DNA of 64,000 nucleotides from Octopus sinensis (GCF_006345805.1 NC_042999.1:42160001-42224000); one strand, 5' to 3'; positions 27,563 through 39,828 are shown, numbered from the stretch's first letter. The notes: generated by a model from the sequence alone, not told the origin. Numbers and translations are program-made.

Positions 27563-28173
27563 TTTGTGTGAGGGTAGAACCGCTTAGTCAAACAACATTA
27601 CTTCCCAATATTTAAATGCATCTTTGTAATATTCTTTCCTTTACAACCACATCGACTTTGCAGTACCACCTTACTAAGTCGAAGTCAATAAAACTGAAAG
27701 TGAAATTACTCGATAAAGTAATTTTAGTAGTGGATCGAAATATAATCGTCTAAAACGTTGAATGCTCTTTCTAAGCGCTCTAGCTGCGAACAAATGCATG
27801 GAACCAGCGAAAGGATAAAGTAACACAATCGAAAAGCTGTCACAATGCAGCTCATATAATTAAACACTTCATGGCGAAATATATAAAGTGTAGCAATCCA
27901 CTGGATTAATACAATGCTTATGTAGCGCTTTGCATTGTATGGCTCATTCCCAACCGTTTGATTACCTTAGTGTTGCAAGTTTATTCGAGAAAATTTGCCA
28001 GAGTTACATAAATGTGGCTTTTAATTTAATGATTTTACAGACACTTGCATGGTAAAGTTCGAAATCGATATAAAAGAAAATTTGACATAATGAATTTCGT
28101 GTTTGTGCCAGTTCACCAATATCTACGGTAGGTATACATGAAGAAATATGCTATTCATGCATATAGTATATAT

Positions 28174-28217
<44 letters not shown>

Positions 28218-28535
28218 ATATACTATGCAAATATGCGTACACAAGAGATGCACATACGTATACATGAGAGCGTTATGTGATAGTTAAAGCATATTTGAAT
28301 GTATCTCTGCGTGTAAATTTGCGCAGCTTATTTTAATCTTTTAGAGAGGATGGATGTTACTGGCCATGATACTTTATATAGTTGCCGGGATGAGAGATGT
28401 TGGAGAGGAGAGGAAGGAATTTGTGCGTAGACCAGAGACCTAGCCAAAATGCTTCCTACAACTGTGCTAAACAGACCCAAGGTGCCATGAAGTGGTGCTG
28501 AAGCGATCAACGAATTTAAGTCTACTATTGAAATA

Positions 28536-28689
28536 CAGTCGTGGCTAAAAGTTTGGAATACAGGTCGGAAAATACGAATTTTTATAATAAATGCCGAAAT
28601 ATATACTTTGTATATATTAGGTTTGAATCACACTTGGCCATAAAAACTTTGATTCTTTTTTAAATGTTCCAAACATTTGGCCACGACTG
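28536..28689. mobile_element. Tc1-type MITE (154 bp)
   Basis: About 24-bp TIRs cagtcgtggctaaaagtttggaat and gttccaaacatttggccacgactg; TA on the left, TG (decayed TA) on the right. Confidence 0.85.
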
Positions 28690-29593
28690 TGTGCCACGGT
28701 TTCCTTGAGCCACCCGAAAAGAAGCTGCATTAAATAAAAAGAGCTGCAATAAGTAAAATTTTCTTTACTGCAAGGCGTATGACACCAAACGTGTTACATC
28801 TGATCATGAGCAGGTTTCCCAGCATGTGGGAATATCCAACACAAGTGTCAATGTGAGATATATTGGTGACAATGTTGATTCCTGGCTGGTGATCATATTG
28901 TGGTACAATACTGTCAGGTAGTTAGTGTAGATATAATTTTCGGCAATATGTATTCGAGTGGGTTTACTATAGGGCTCATAATCTCACAAGTCTACAAAAC
29001 AAAACAAATAGTGCGCATTGTAGCGGGTGCTGAAGAACCCCTAAACTCCGCATCCAGAGTAGAAAGTCCAGTTATCAAATATGTGGCAGTAAAAACCACT
29101 GTCGTGAAACCCTAAAGTAACAGAAACAATAACAGCTTATGCATATTAATGGTCCTAAGGCAACTCCGAGAACATTGCTCTGAGTTATGTACTCTCTCCC
29201 TCTCTCTACCCCCTCTCCCTCTCTACCCCTCTTTCTCTTTCTCTCTTCCAGCATCAACCGGCAGTGTAAGACATTGATAATGTTAAGCACACAGCATTAT
29301 TGATTTCCAATTTTGGTTGATGGTGAGTATGTTCAGGGGATTATATCGACCCCAGTGTTCAAATGGTACTTATTTTTTCGACCCTGGAAGGATGAAGAGC
29401 AAATTTTGGAACAAGGCCAGCGAGTTCGAGGGAGGAGGTAAGCCGATGACATCGACCTCAATCTTCAGCTGGTACTTATTTCAATTGAACCTCGAAAGGA
29501 TGACTGGCAAAGTCGACCTCGACGGAATTTGAAACTCAGAACGTAAACACGGACGAAAGGCCGCTAAGCATTTTACCGGGCATGCTAACGATT

Positions 29594-29848
29594 TTTATTT
29601 CTTTATTGCCCACAAGGGGTTAAACATAGAGGGGACAAACAAGGACAGACAAAGGGAATAAGTCGATTAAATCGACCCCAGTGCTGGTACTTAATTTATC
29701 TTAATTTAACTGGTACTTAATTTATCGACCCCGAAAAGATGAAAGGCAAAGTCGACCTCGGCGGAATTTGAACTCAGAACGTAACGACAGACGAAATACC
29801 GCTAAACATCTCGCCAAGCGTGCTAACGTTTCTGGCAGTTCGCTGCCT
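29594..29848 (-). mobile_element. Full-length SINE family B (tail variant 1), 3' half of the U6 chimera
   Basis: aggcagcgaactgccagaaacgttagc head through ttgtgggcaataaagaaataaa; internal 17-bp duplication at about 29684-29726. Confidence 0.9.
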
Positions 29849-29899
29849 AAAAAATGTGGAACGCTTCACGAATTTGCGTGTCATCCTTGCGCAGGGGTC

Positions 29900-29932
<33 letters not shown>

Positions 29933-29952
29933 AATATGTACCGCCGTAGCTA
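29849..29952 (-). pseudogene. U6: U6 snRNA retrocopy, near full length
   Basis: Minus strand reads ...GCTACGGCGGTACATATTCTAAAATTGGAACGATACAGAGAAGATTAGCATGACCCCTGCGCAAGGATGACACGCAAATTCGTGAAGCGTTCCACATTTTTT. ACAGAGA box and AGC triad are intact; a few 5' nt are missing; no upstream U6 promoter. Confidence 0.97.
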
Positions 29953-30530
29953 GCTAACGATTCTGCTAGCTCACCGTCTCCCAACAATAGTGATACTGAG
30001 AGAACTAATTTGACAGGAAGACTCTTCTCATAGCAGTGTTGCTTCTATCCACTTATAAGGATTAGGAAGATAGGGATGCCATAGACAACCGGCAAATTAC
30101 GAAAGAAGACTTATAAAATGTGATTAAAACAAGTATGAAAAGTAGTATGCCTCAAGGAAAAGCGAAACCTCCAGTTAGGAGAGTATATCGTGCGCAAAAA
30201 GCCCATTTCTCGTGAAGTGGGGATCCTCTTCACGAAGAAGAATCTCTTGTGAAAATTTTCTCAAATTAGAAGGAATGAATATTCTCCTGCCCGATTGAGA
30301 TGATCTCCACAGGCATTCAAAAGGCCAATAAAAATGTTATGGAATACAAATATCAACTGGAAGAGTACGATGCAAAGTGCTGATCAGAGAGTAAGGAAGA
30401 ACAAATTATGTGTGTGTGTGTATGTGTGTAGTAAATCTAAAAAAAATAAAGAACAAACACAAAAAAGCAACAACGCGAGGACGTGGTATATGTGAAGTGT
30501 TACTAGACGCTCTTGGAAGAAAAGAACGAT

Positions 30531-30566
30531 GGCTTAACATTTCGAGCAATGCTCTTCTTCAGAAAG
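30531..30566 (-). ncRNA. Degenerate minimal hammerhead-like motif
   Basis: CUGAAGA-A-GAGC-AUU-GCUC-GAAA-UGUU. There is an extra nt after A9, stem III is decayed (CG to TG) and stem I is weak. Confidence 0.4.
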
Positions 30567-30625
30567 AGAGGAAACTCTAATAGAAAGGAAGACGGAAGAA
30601 GAAAATCACCAGCGATTCGCATGTG

Positions 30626-30660
<35 letters not shown>

Positions 30661-30803
30661 TGTATGTATGTATGTATGTATGTATGTATGTATGTATGTA
30701 TGTATATGTATATATGTATGTAAGTATGTATGTATAATAAAAGAAGGAAAATGCACACAGTTTACATAGCTTTCATACATGTTAAATGAAAGAATATTGT
30801 GGT

Positions 30804-30836
30804 TGTCGACCGGACTCGCTTTCGCTAATCATGACG
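30804..30836 (-). ncRNA. Minimal hammerhead motif, A3-U8 variant (left arm, GAAA mutated to GAGU)
   Basis: CGUC-AUGAUUA-GC-GAAA-GC-GAGU-CCGG-UC-GACA. Confidence 0.5.
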
Positions 30837-30980
30837 TTGAAATTATTGTGATTTCGTATATTCTTAAATAGATTTTAGTTCATCTCCATGTATGAAAGTT
30901 AGTGAATGAATCAATATACTTTCAAACAAGGACATGGACTAAAAACGTCTTAAGAAAATACGAAATCTCAATAAGTTCAA

Positions 30981-31013
30981 TGTCATGATTAACGAAAGCG
31001 AAACCGGTCGACA
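30981..31013 (+). ncRNA. Minimal hammerhead motif, A3-U8 variant (right arm)
   Basis: UGUC-AUGAUUA-AC-GAAA-GC-GAAA-CCGG-UC-GACA: 4-bp stem I, palindromic stem III ACCGGT and GUC triplet. Confidence 0.6.
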
Positions 31014-31094
31014 ACCACAATAGACTTTCATATAAAATTTATTGAAGTTATGTAAACTTTGTGCATTTTCCTTCTCTTATGTTATATATACATA

Positions 31095-31131
<37 letters not shown>

Positions 31132-32028
31132 TGCACTACAACTCACCACGTGGGATAATCGAAATTCTTTTCCTCTCATTTCCTTCTATTTATATATAAG
31201 ATCTGGTTCGTAGGCCCGTTTAAACAAAGATGCAGTTTGTAAAAATTACACATACCGTTATAGCAATAAGTTGTCAGTGAGGAAAATTTAAAATTTAAAA
31301 GAAAAAAATAATGAATTCTAGCCATCTCATAATGACTCTTATACTCCCAAATCCCTTATGAACAATTTAATATTTATCATTCTTGTTTCTTGAAATGTAA
31401 TCTATACTTGTGCATAGAAAACTGTTTTAAATAAACACACTGAGTAAGTTTGTTTAATGTTCTTACAGAATAAATTTCCTTCAAAAACATTCACACCAGC
31501 AACACCATTATTTCATCAATTTTATCAATACGTATATGCCTTTTTATTATTTGCGTTATTGACCATAATTTATAGTTATTAATATGTTACATTAACCCAT
31601 CTTGACCTTCAATTTTCTGATAGATCATACACTAATTTCATAACAACTCTGATTATTTACCCTCATTGCACATAATTCACAGAAACTGTTTATTTATTTA
31701 CAGAAAGCATAACATTTTATACCCAGTAGCATCACTGAAGGAAACACCCTAATTTCATATCATCCTTTTCTCTTCTATGTACGTTGTGTATTCTACATCC
31801 TTTTATTCTGATAGATAATCACAGTCAGTGCCCGGAAAATATTACGAAATGACAAATTAACAGGAAAGGTGATTAAACATGAGACAAAGGATAAAGGCAA
31901 ACAACATATTGAATACTGGAGAGTTTTTTTTTTCTTTTGTTTGTTTCTTTTTCTTTCTTTTTTTCTGACATTACTCTATAATGCAGTAATAGTGAAACAC
32001 TGTGCTGCAATGTATATATGTACAAATA

Positions 32029-32249
32029 TACGAACGGTGCTGATAAATTCCTAGCTTGAAGGGTATCGCAAAAGGTCTGGTTGGAGGCCCAAATTTCCGA
32101 GTTCTTTTATAGGGCTTAGAAACACTGAAGGACGGCTGCAATAAGTGTGTGAATCTGAGAGGGGAAAATGTTGAATAAAATCATAATTAAGTGATCTTCC
32201 TGTATTTTCTTTTACTCAAAGAAAGGAACTTTTCAGCAACCTCCTCGTA
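32029..32249 (+). mobile_element. Mariner-derived MITE
   Basis: TIRs tacgaacggtgctgataaattcc and ggaacttttcagcaacctcctcgta. The interior retains the transposase C-terminus (CNKCVNLRGENVE*). Confidence 0.85.
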
Positions 32250-32349
32250 AATATGTATGTATGCATGTATGTATGTATGCATGTATGTATGCATGTGTAT
32301 ATGTATGCATGTATGTATGCATGTATGTATGTATGTATGTATGTATGTG

Positions 32350-32381
<32 letters not shown>

Positions 32382-32804
32382 TGCATGTATGTATGTATGT
32401 ATGTATGTGTATATGTATGTATGTATGTATGTGTATATGTATGCCATTATTCAGTTTATTTCACGATTTCTTCCAATAGAGAAAGAACCGGTTTCTAACC
32501 TAGATCCAAAGTTCCTTCATTGGAATGTCAACAACAACAGAGTATTTTTGTTTGCATGTATGTATGTTATCAGTCGGCGGGCGCCGGTGCCATTCCCATT
32601 TTTATTCATTTTTATCGTTATCATCCTCATCACATTAATGTCTTTCTCCAGCCCGCAGCTACTCTAGGTACTGCCCTTGTGGCAAACTATGTGAATAGAT
32701 GTATGTATGTATGTATGTATGTATGTATGTATGTATGTATGTATGTATGTATGTAGTATGTATGTATGTATGTGTGTATGAATGTATGTGTGTATGTATG
32801 TACG

Positions 32805-33025
32805 TACGAGGGGTGCTGAACAATTCCTGGCTTTAAGGGTATCGCCAAGGCCTGGTTGGAGGCCCAAACTTCCGAGTTCTTTTACAGGGCTTACAGAAAC
32901 TGAAGGACCTGCTACAATAAACGTGTGAATCTGAGAAGGGGAATATGTTGGATAACATCATAGTTAACTAATCCTCCTTTATTTTCCTTTCCCCGAAGCC
33001 AGGAACTTTTCAGAAACCCCATCGT
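32805..33025 (+). mobile_element. Mariner-derived MITE, second copy
   Basis: tacgaggggtgctgaacaattcctggcttt ... aagccaggaacttttcagaaaccccatcgt; same interior as 32029-32249. Confidence 0.85.
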
Positions 33026-33572
33026 GTACGTACGTGGATATCTGTGTGTGCGCGTGCATATGTGTGTATCCGTGCATATGTGTGCGCACGTGCATATATA
33101 TTAAACGGTCGAATAAAAGTTCGCTAACTTTAATACAAAAGCAGTGACTAAAATTTCCATCTCAGTCATATATGAATAAGCTCTACATCCTGTTTTGTGT
33201 TCGAGAGAGATGTAGAGTGGAAGATAGAGAGAATGTGAGTAGAAAGAATATATATGTCCATGTATGTACAATAATACGCTATGATTATCATATGCCTTTT
33301 ATATATAATTTAGCTTTTATTAATACTTCTTACATCATATATGCTTGTGTGTTTATGTGTGTGGAAGTATGGTTATGCATATGTATATCTAACTATCTAT
33401 CTATCTACCTATCTACCTATCTACAAACCTATCTATCTATCGATATATAGGTACCTTTTTGTGTGTATATATGTCCATGTATGTGCGTGTGTCTGTGTAT
33501 GTATGCATGTGCATGTATGTATATATATATGTATATACATATATATATATGCATATATATACCTATATATAA

Positions 33573-33618
<46 letters not shown>

Positions 33619-34385
33619 ATATACATGCGTATGTGTGTGTGAGAGAAAAAGAGAGGAGAGAGAGAGAGAGAGAGAGAGAAATGTGCAAGCATGTATAAAT
33701 AGATAGATACATATATACATATCTACATATATAGATAAATAAGAGAGAAAGACACGAGGAGACAGAGAAAACAGAGAGAAAAGTAAGTTTGTTCTTGTGC
33801 TCTGACCTTTACCGTACCAATGTCTGTACATAGATTACAATTTCAATTTCACGGATTTTATTCATCCAGTTCATTTTCTTTGGTTGATCTTTTTTTCCCT
33901 TATTCAGAAGTTCGTTGAAAGAGACAGTGTCACAGAAACTGTCTTGCATACTAAATAAAAGTGTTCTAGATAAATAGAAAGAGGAAAGGGCAAATTACAA
34001 AACTCAATCGATTGCTGACCTTATCATTGTTGGAGTCTTACAGCCGAATAACCTTTATTCACTGCCATTGAGACTAAAATCATTTTTGATTCAAGTATTT
34101 TCCGCCTTATGGTTAAGTGATATGGACAAAATAGATATAGTGGTAGTTATAAGCCGAACGTGGTAACTGAACTAGTACTGTATATCTCTACGTATTTTTC
34201 AATTACGAAACTTGAGAACAAAGGATAATTCTGGAGTTATCTAAAGTGAGTAATGCTGTAAATAACAGCCCAAAAATCGAATTGAAAGCAAATGTTTTCT
34301 TTCGGTATACGGATTGATTAAGTAACTTCGATAATCAGAAATACATATATATATATGTAAGGCTCTCTGTATTTATGAAAGTAAA

Positions 34386-34419
<34 letters not shown>

Positions 34420-34534
34420 ATATACTCACATATAGAGATAAAAGTAGATAAAAAATGTAGATATATGAATCTACACACACACACATACATATAAGTATAT
34501 CTACATACGTGTGTGTACTTAGGATAAATGTATG

Positions 34535-34598
<64 letters not shown>

Positions 34599-34657
34599 AT
34601 ACATGTGTCTATGTGTGTGTGTCCGTGGGTGTTATATATATTTACGTTTATATATAG

Positions 34658-34709
<52 letters not shown>

Positions 34710-34773
34710 GTACTATATGTACACACACACATATATACATATACATATAGATACAATATATATATTTATATAC

Positions 34774-34822
<49 letters not shown>

Positions 34823-34856
34823 TATATATATATACATATATATACACACACACATA

Positions 34857-35400
34857 CAAGGTGTCCGTAAAAACACTCCCTGATTTCACGATGTTATGAT
34901 ATTTAAGCTAATTCAAATATATTGATAAACATGTTGTGAACCGATTCTTTAACAACCGTTATTTCATTGTTTTTCAGGTGATTAGACATCTCTGACCTGA
35001 GAACCACAGGAATGCAATGAAATCTAAAAATAGCCGTCACCCCACAGGATTGCAGCTGGTGTGTACTGGAATTTACAAGATCAAACAGTGTTGTGGCCGT
35101 GCATCATGCCTTCAGACTCAAGTATCATACGATTCCACCTACACCCAAATCTATTCGGAAATGATACAACGATTTTATTCAGAAAAGGGTGTTTCTGTGA
35201 TCAGAGAAAAGGACATTCTGGCCGGTCATCAATCTCAGAGAAAATTGATCGAGATAGAAGAAAATTCGTGCACAGCCCCTAAAAGTCAATACGAAGAGCT
35301 AGCCAAGAGTTACACCTCCACTACAAGCACAGTTTGCAAGATCTTACGCAAACACCAAAAGTTTCACCCTTACAATCTTCAATTAGTCCAATTAGTGTTC
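34857..35400 (+). mobile_element. Tc1/mariner-superfamily transposase 5' remnant (DUF4817-like HTH)
   Basis: TA-caaggtgtcc terminus. Frameshifted translation CVLEF...KYHTIPPTPKSIRK*YNDF / KGCFCDQRKGHSGRSS...FVHSP / VCKILRKHQKFHPYNLQLVQ. Confidence 0.75.
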
Positions 35401-35999
35401 AAATTCAGGATGTTTTTGAAAGACACTATATTTTATAATCATAGTATATATACTTTCTCACACAACAATTACAATATATTTATTTTAAATCATTTATTTA
35501 TTTTAAATCGTTAATCTTTCTCCCCTCCTCTCTCTCTCTCACACACACGCACACACACACATTACTTTGGGTGCGAAAAGGTTTTGTTTTTATTTTACGC
35601 CGAGTAAAAAGTGTTTTGTTGAGAGTCGATATTACTTAGTTTGGTTTGAAATAAAGAACTTGATTAGCTTAATAATCGTAACTTAATCCCGGACATGGCC
35701 GGGTTATACTGCTAGTCAGCTCTAAAGAGCAGGGCTATGGTGAAAAGCCTTCCAGTCATAGCTACACGATGTTTATATACTTAGACACATAGCTCAACAT
35801 ATCATTCGTTTTATAAACGTAAGTCTGTGGCTTCAGGGATATTTGGTTGCTGTTTCTAGCAAGTCGTACAACCGAGTAGAGGCGCCCTTGTTATCCCATA
35901 TTTTTCCTTTGGTGAAATCGAACTTATTAACTAGGCTCATAAAAACCAAATAGCTCACTCGTCAGCTTAATAGTGCTGCCGCTATCGACTCTGATTCTT

Positions 36000-36215
36000 T
36001 CTACTATAGGCACAAAGCCTGATATTTTGGAGAAAGAGAGAGGGGGGCAGCTAATCAATTACATCGACCCCAGTGTTTAACTGATAGCTATTTTATCGAC
36101 TCCGGAAGGATGAAAGGCAAAGTCGACTTTGTCGAAAATTGAACTCGGAAAGTAGAGAACCGAAATAAATACCGCTAAACATTTTGTCAGATGCACAATC
36201 GATTCTACCAATTTG
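36000..36215 (-). mobile_element. SINE family B (tail variant 2), diverged
   Basis: ctactataggcacaaagcctg...atcgaccccagtg...gaaggatgaaaggcaaagtcgac...accgctaaac. Confidence 0.8.
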
Positions 36216-37129
36216 CTGCAACACCAGTCTCTCACACGAACTTCCGGCAGAGAGAACCCGATTATCGAATGTTAAGTTATATTGATATAAGACAACTTCG
36301 TAGAGCTAGTGAATGATAAAATGCGAACTACTAATAGCACATATTGCTATTTAGTCCTCTATCGAATTAGCTTTCCAAAGTGTTCGATTTCTGTGTAACA
36401 ATTTGGATTTATCGCATTATGACCAACAAATAAATAATTACTACATCTGTAGAAATCGAACGTGTATTATTTAGAAGAAATAAACCTCGCCACGCAATCC
36501 ACTCTGCTAGTGTATTCTGTCAATTAATACCGTATTGCTGATCATCACAGAAGTAGTGTTTGAGGAATGGGTCGTTGTAGGATGGGCTTGCAGATGGTAA
36601 ATTTATTAATTCACTGCACAATCTATGGTTTTTGCACTTCACAGCGTGCTATTAATTAAATCGCACGCCGTGTAGTTTATGGTTTTATAACAAACTAAGA
36701 AGACGAATGGTCGACCGGCCAAGCTTTCGTCGTGGCCATATTTCAAAAACTAATCAACTGTAATTAATCAAAAGTCGCGATGGATTTGTTGCTGTTTTAG
36801 CTTAACAGATCGCCTCAAAGGAAAGAACGCAATTCAACTGATGTCAAAAGAGATTTTTGTTTGTTTGTTTGTATTTATTCTTTCGTTTTATTTTTTAAAA
36901 GTTTCTTTTTCCTTTTTCATTCGATGAGAATAAAATACAAAATACAAGTAAAATAGATACATAGGAACATACAAACATAGGAACATACAAACACACACAC
37001 ACACACGCACGCATGCACGCACAGACATACACGCACGCACACGTTAACACCATAACACACACAATGTCAGATTCAGATGTAAAATCGTGTTTCATTTCTT
37101 TTGTTCTGCTTTGTTGTTGTTGTTAGTGG

Positions 37130-37138
37130 TGAAGGTGG

Positions 37139-37184
<46 letters not shown>

Positions 37185-37334
37185 GGTGGTGGTGGTGGTG
37201 GTTGTGATGGTGGTTTTGTGTGGTGGCAGCGGTGGCGGCGGTGTTCGTGGTGGTGGTGGTGGTGGTGGTGGTGGTGGTAGCGGTGGCGGTGGTGGTGGCG
37301 GTAGTGGTGGTGCTGCTGTAGTGATGGTATTATC

Positions 37335-37385
<51 letters not shown>
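37130..37385. repeat. (GTT)n-(GGT)n-(AGT)n compound microsatellite
   Basis: Direct inspection. Confidence 0.95.
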
Positions 37386-37388
<3 letters not shown>

Positions 37389-37723
37389 TTACTTCTTACG
37401 TAGTCCAATAAAATATTTGGTTTTAAAGTTTGATATTTTACAGCCAAGGAAAAAAAAAACATACTGAAAACATAAAAATACACATAAAAACATAAAACGA
37501 ATAAAATATACAAAAACATATAAATAAATAAATAAATAAAATGAATAGAAATTTAAAGACATGAAAATACACATATGAAGCGGTGTACAGAAGCACATAA
37601 TCGAGTGAAATCGTAATTACAATTTTTAGTGCTTGTATGGTTAAACGAAATATGGCTTGGTTATATAAGCAAAACTTACGCTGACTTCCCAGCCTTAAAG
37701 CCATAAACAGCGTCGATTGCTAA

Positions 37724-37754
<31 letters not shown>

Positions 37755-37772
37755 CATACATACGTATGTACG

Positions 37773-37820
37773 TACGAGGGTGAGTCAAAAAGTAATGCCA
37801 TTTTGTTCAGGGCAGGTATA
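37773..37820 (+). mobile_element. Mariner left-terminus remnant
   Basis: tacgagggtgagtcaaaaagtaatgcc resembles the tacgaggg TIRs at 32805; no right end found. Confidence 0.55.
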
Positions 37821-38790
37821 ATTACTAACACTATGCACCTGCAATGTGAGCTGGACAAAATATACAAGTGGGCTGAAAAGAATAGCATGCAGTTCAATGC
37901 TGAAAAGTTTCAAGCTTTATGCTATCAGCATGCAAAACTAAATGCAATACCCAATAAATACACTGGACCTGGAGGGATTGCAATCCCAGAGGCACAATCA
38001 GTGCGAGACCTGGGTATTTACATGAGTAATGATGCAACCTTTCATGTGTATGTTGCTAAATTGGCAATGAAATGTAGGCGGCTGACCGGATGGATTCTTA
38101 GAAGCTTTAGAACAAGAGACCAGGAAACCATGATGGTCCTCTGGAGGACACTTGCCCTAAGCCACTTTGACTATTGCTCTCAGCTATGGTCACTATCCAG
38201 TGTCAAGTTAATCACGGAACTTGAGGCGATACGACGAAGCTACACGAAGAAGATAGCCTCTGTGCAACATATAAGCTATTGGGAAAGACTCAAGAGATTG
38301 AGACTCTATTCCTTAGAGCGTAGGCGAGAAAGATATGCCATAATATACATCTGGAAGATCCTGGAAGGACTTGTCTCAAACTTTGGCATCGAGAGTTACA
38401 CAAATACTAGAACTGGGCGTCACTGCATAGTGCCAAGGGCTCCAAATTTGCCATCAAGATGTAGGACAAGATACTGTGATAGCCTGGGCTTCAGAGGCCC
38501 ACAGCACTTCAATATCCTCCCGAAGGACATGAGAGACCTGCATGGGGTGAATGCAGATGTCTTTAAAATAAAACTGGATCTCTTCCTGTCAGGTGTCCCA
38601 GATGAACCAACTTCCCGGAAGGAAGTGCAGATGAGGGCAGCTGCATCGAGCTCTCTCATGCACCAAATGGCAATTGCTAAAAAGCATTCGTGAAGTAAAA
38701 TCATGTAGCAACAGTGAATGGCTGTGCCCCAGCATGGCCACAGCTCGTGAGCTAAAACTAAATAAAATAAAAAAAATAAAAATAAAATAT
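37821..38790 (+). mobile_element. CR1/L2-group LINE, 5'-truncated young copy (RT thumb/C-terminus, 3' UTR and tail)
   Basis: Uninterrupted frame of about 290 codons (ORF 37803..38693): LQCELDKIYKWA...MQFNAEKF, VRDLGI, SHFDYCSQLW, YWERLKRLRLYSLERRRERY. The UTR ends in (TAAAA)n-like repeats. Confidence 0.92.
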
Positions 38791-39307
38791 CTCTCTCCTT
38801 ATATATAAATATATATATATACATATATGTAAATATATGTGTGTGTGCGCACGCGTCTTTGTGCGTGTGTGTGTTTGTGTGCTCGTGGATTTTTGTATAT
38901 GTATCTGTATCTGTATATGTATCTGTATATGTATGTGTGTGTGTATCGCAGTTACGCATGCGCAGTTGATAAGACATACACATTCACGCAGGCTAAATAG
39001 CTGTCACAACCCTGCACTTAGATCCTCAGATTACAAGAAGATGCCTAACATACTCCGCAGACGCTCTCTTCACTACTTCTACATTCATTCTGTAATTAAT
39101 CCTTTCAGAATTTTCAATTAATTCTGAATTAACTCGATATTAATTTTGCATCAGACCACACGTCGTATTTTGCATTTTTCTTTGTGTTTCTAGAATTATT
39201 GTATTTCTATAAGCTTTGTAATTATGGCAGCAATCCTTCAATCGAACTAAAGAAATTATGTTTCTATGTTTTCTAGCTTCTTTCATGCTACATATTTCAT
39301 ACGTATG

Positions 39308-39688
39308 GAAGCACTCCGTCGGTTACAACGACGAGGGTTCCGGTTGATCCGATCAACGGAACAGCCTACTCGGGAAATTAACGTGTAAGTGGCTGAGCAC
39401 TCCACAGACACGTGTACCCTTAACGTAGTTCTCGGGGATATTCAGCGTGACACAGAGAGTGACAAGGCCGGCCCTTTGAAATACAGGTACAACAGAAACA
39501 GGCAGTAAGAGTGAGAGAAAGTTGTGGTGAAAGAGTACAGCAGGGATCACCACCATCCCTGCCGGAGCCTCGTGGAGCTTTAGGTGTTTTCGCTCAATAA
39601 ACACTCACAACGCCCGGTCTGGGAATCGAAACCGCGATCCTACGACCGCGAGTCCGCTGCCCTAACCACTGGGCCATTGCGCCTCCAC
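39308..39688 (-). mobile_element. Full-length tRNA-derived SINE family C
   Basis: Head gtggaggcgcaatggcccagtggttagggcagcggactcgcggtcgtaggatcgcggtttcgattccc has A and B boxes, followed by about 300 bp of non-tRNA body and tail. Confidence 0.88.
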
Positions 39689-39828
39689 AGTTTCATACGT
39701 ATAACATGGAATTTTCCGGAACATTTGTTTCCACTACCTTTCCGGGTTACTGATTCTTCCGAAACAGATGTGGCCACCATGGTCAACACACTTAATATTA
39801 AACAAATTTTTACTTTTATTTAAAACCC

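Larger units (their letters stand above)
29460..29980 (-). mobile_element. Older SINE family B split by the U6-SINE insertion
   Basis: The head (29953-29980) and body (29460-29593) rejoin into the family B consensus when 29594-29952 and one TSD copy are removed. Confidence 0.8.
30733..31087. mobile_element. Foldback element (about 150-bp diverged arms, about 60-bp spacer) in a TA-rich site
   Basis: 30733-30885 is the reverse complement of about 30940-31087 with numerous substitutions. Confidence 0.88.

Noticed and set aside
29849-29952. Functional U6 snRNA gene
   Set aside because: The 5' end is truncated, upstream is a SINE head rather than a PSE/TATA promoter, there are substitutions in the ISL region, and it is enclosed by a TSD.
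38965-39050. Minus-strand hammerhead-like motif CUGAGGA...GCAGG/CCUGC...GAAUGUGUAUGUC
   Set aside because: GAAA and stem I are disrupted; at best a decayed relic, too degenerate to call.
39615-39688. tRNA genes at SINE heads (also 14793, 23893 and 55798)
   Set aside because: A and B boxes are present, but there is no complete cloverleaf and each continues into a repeated SINE body.
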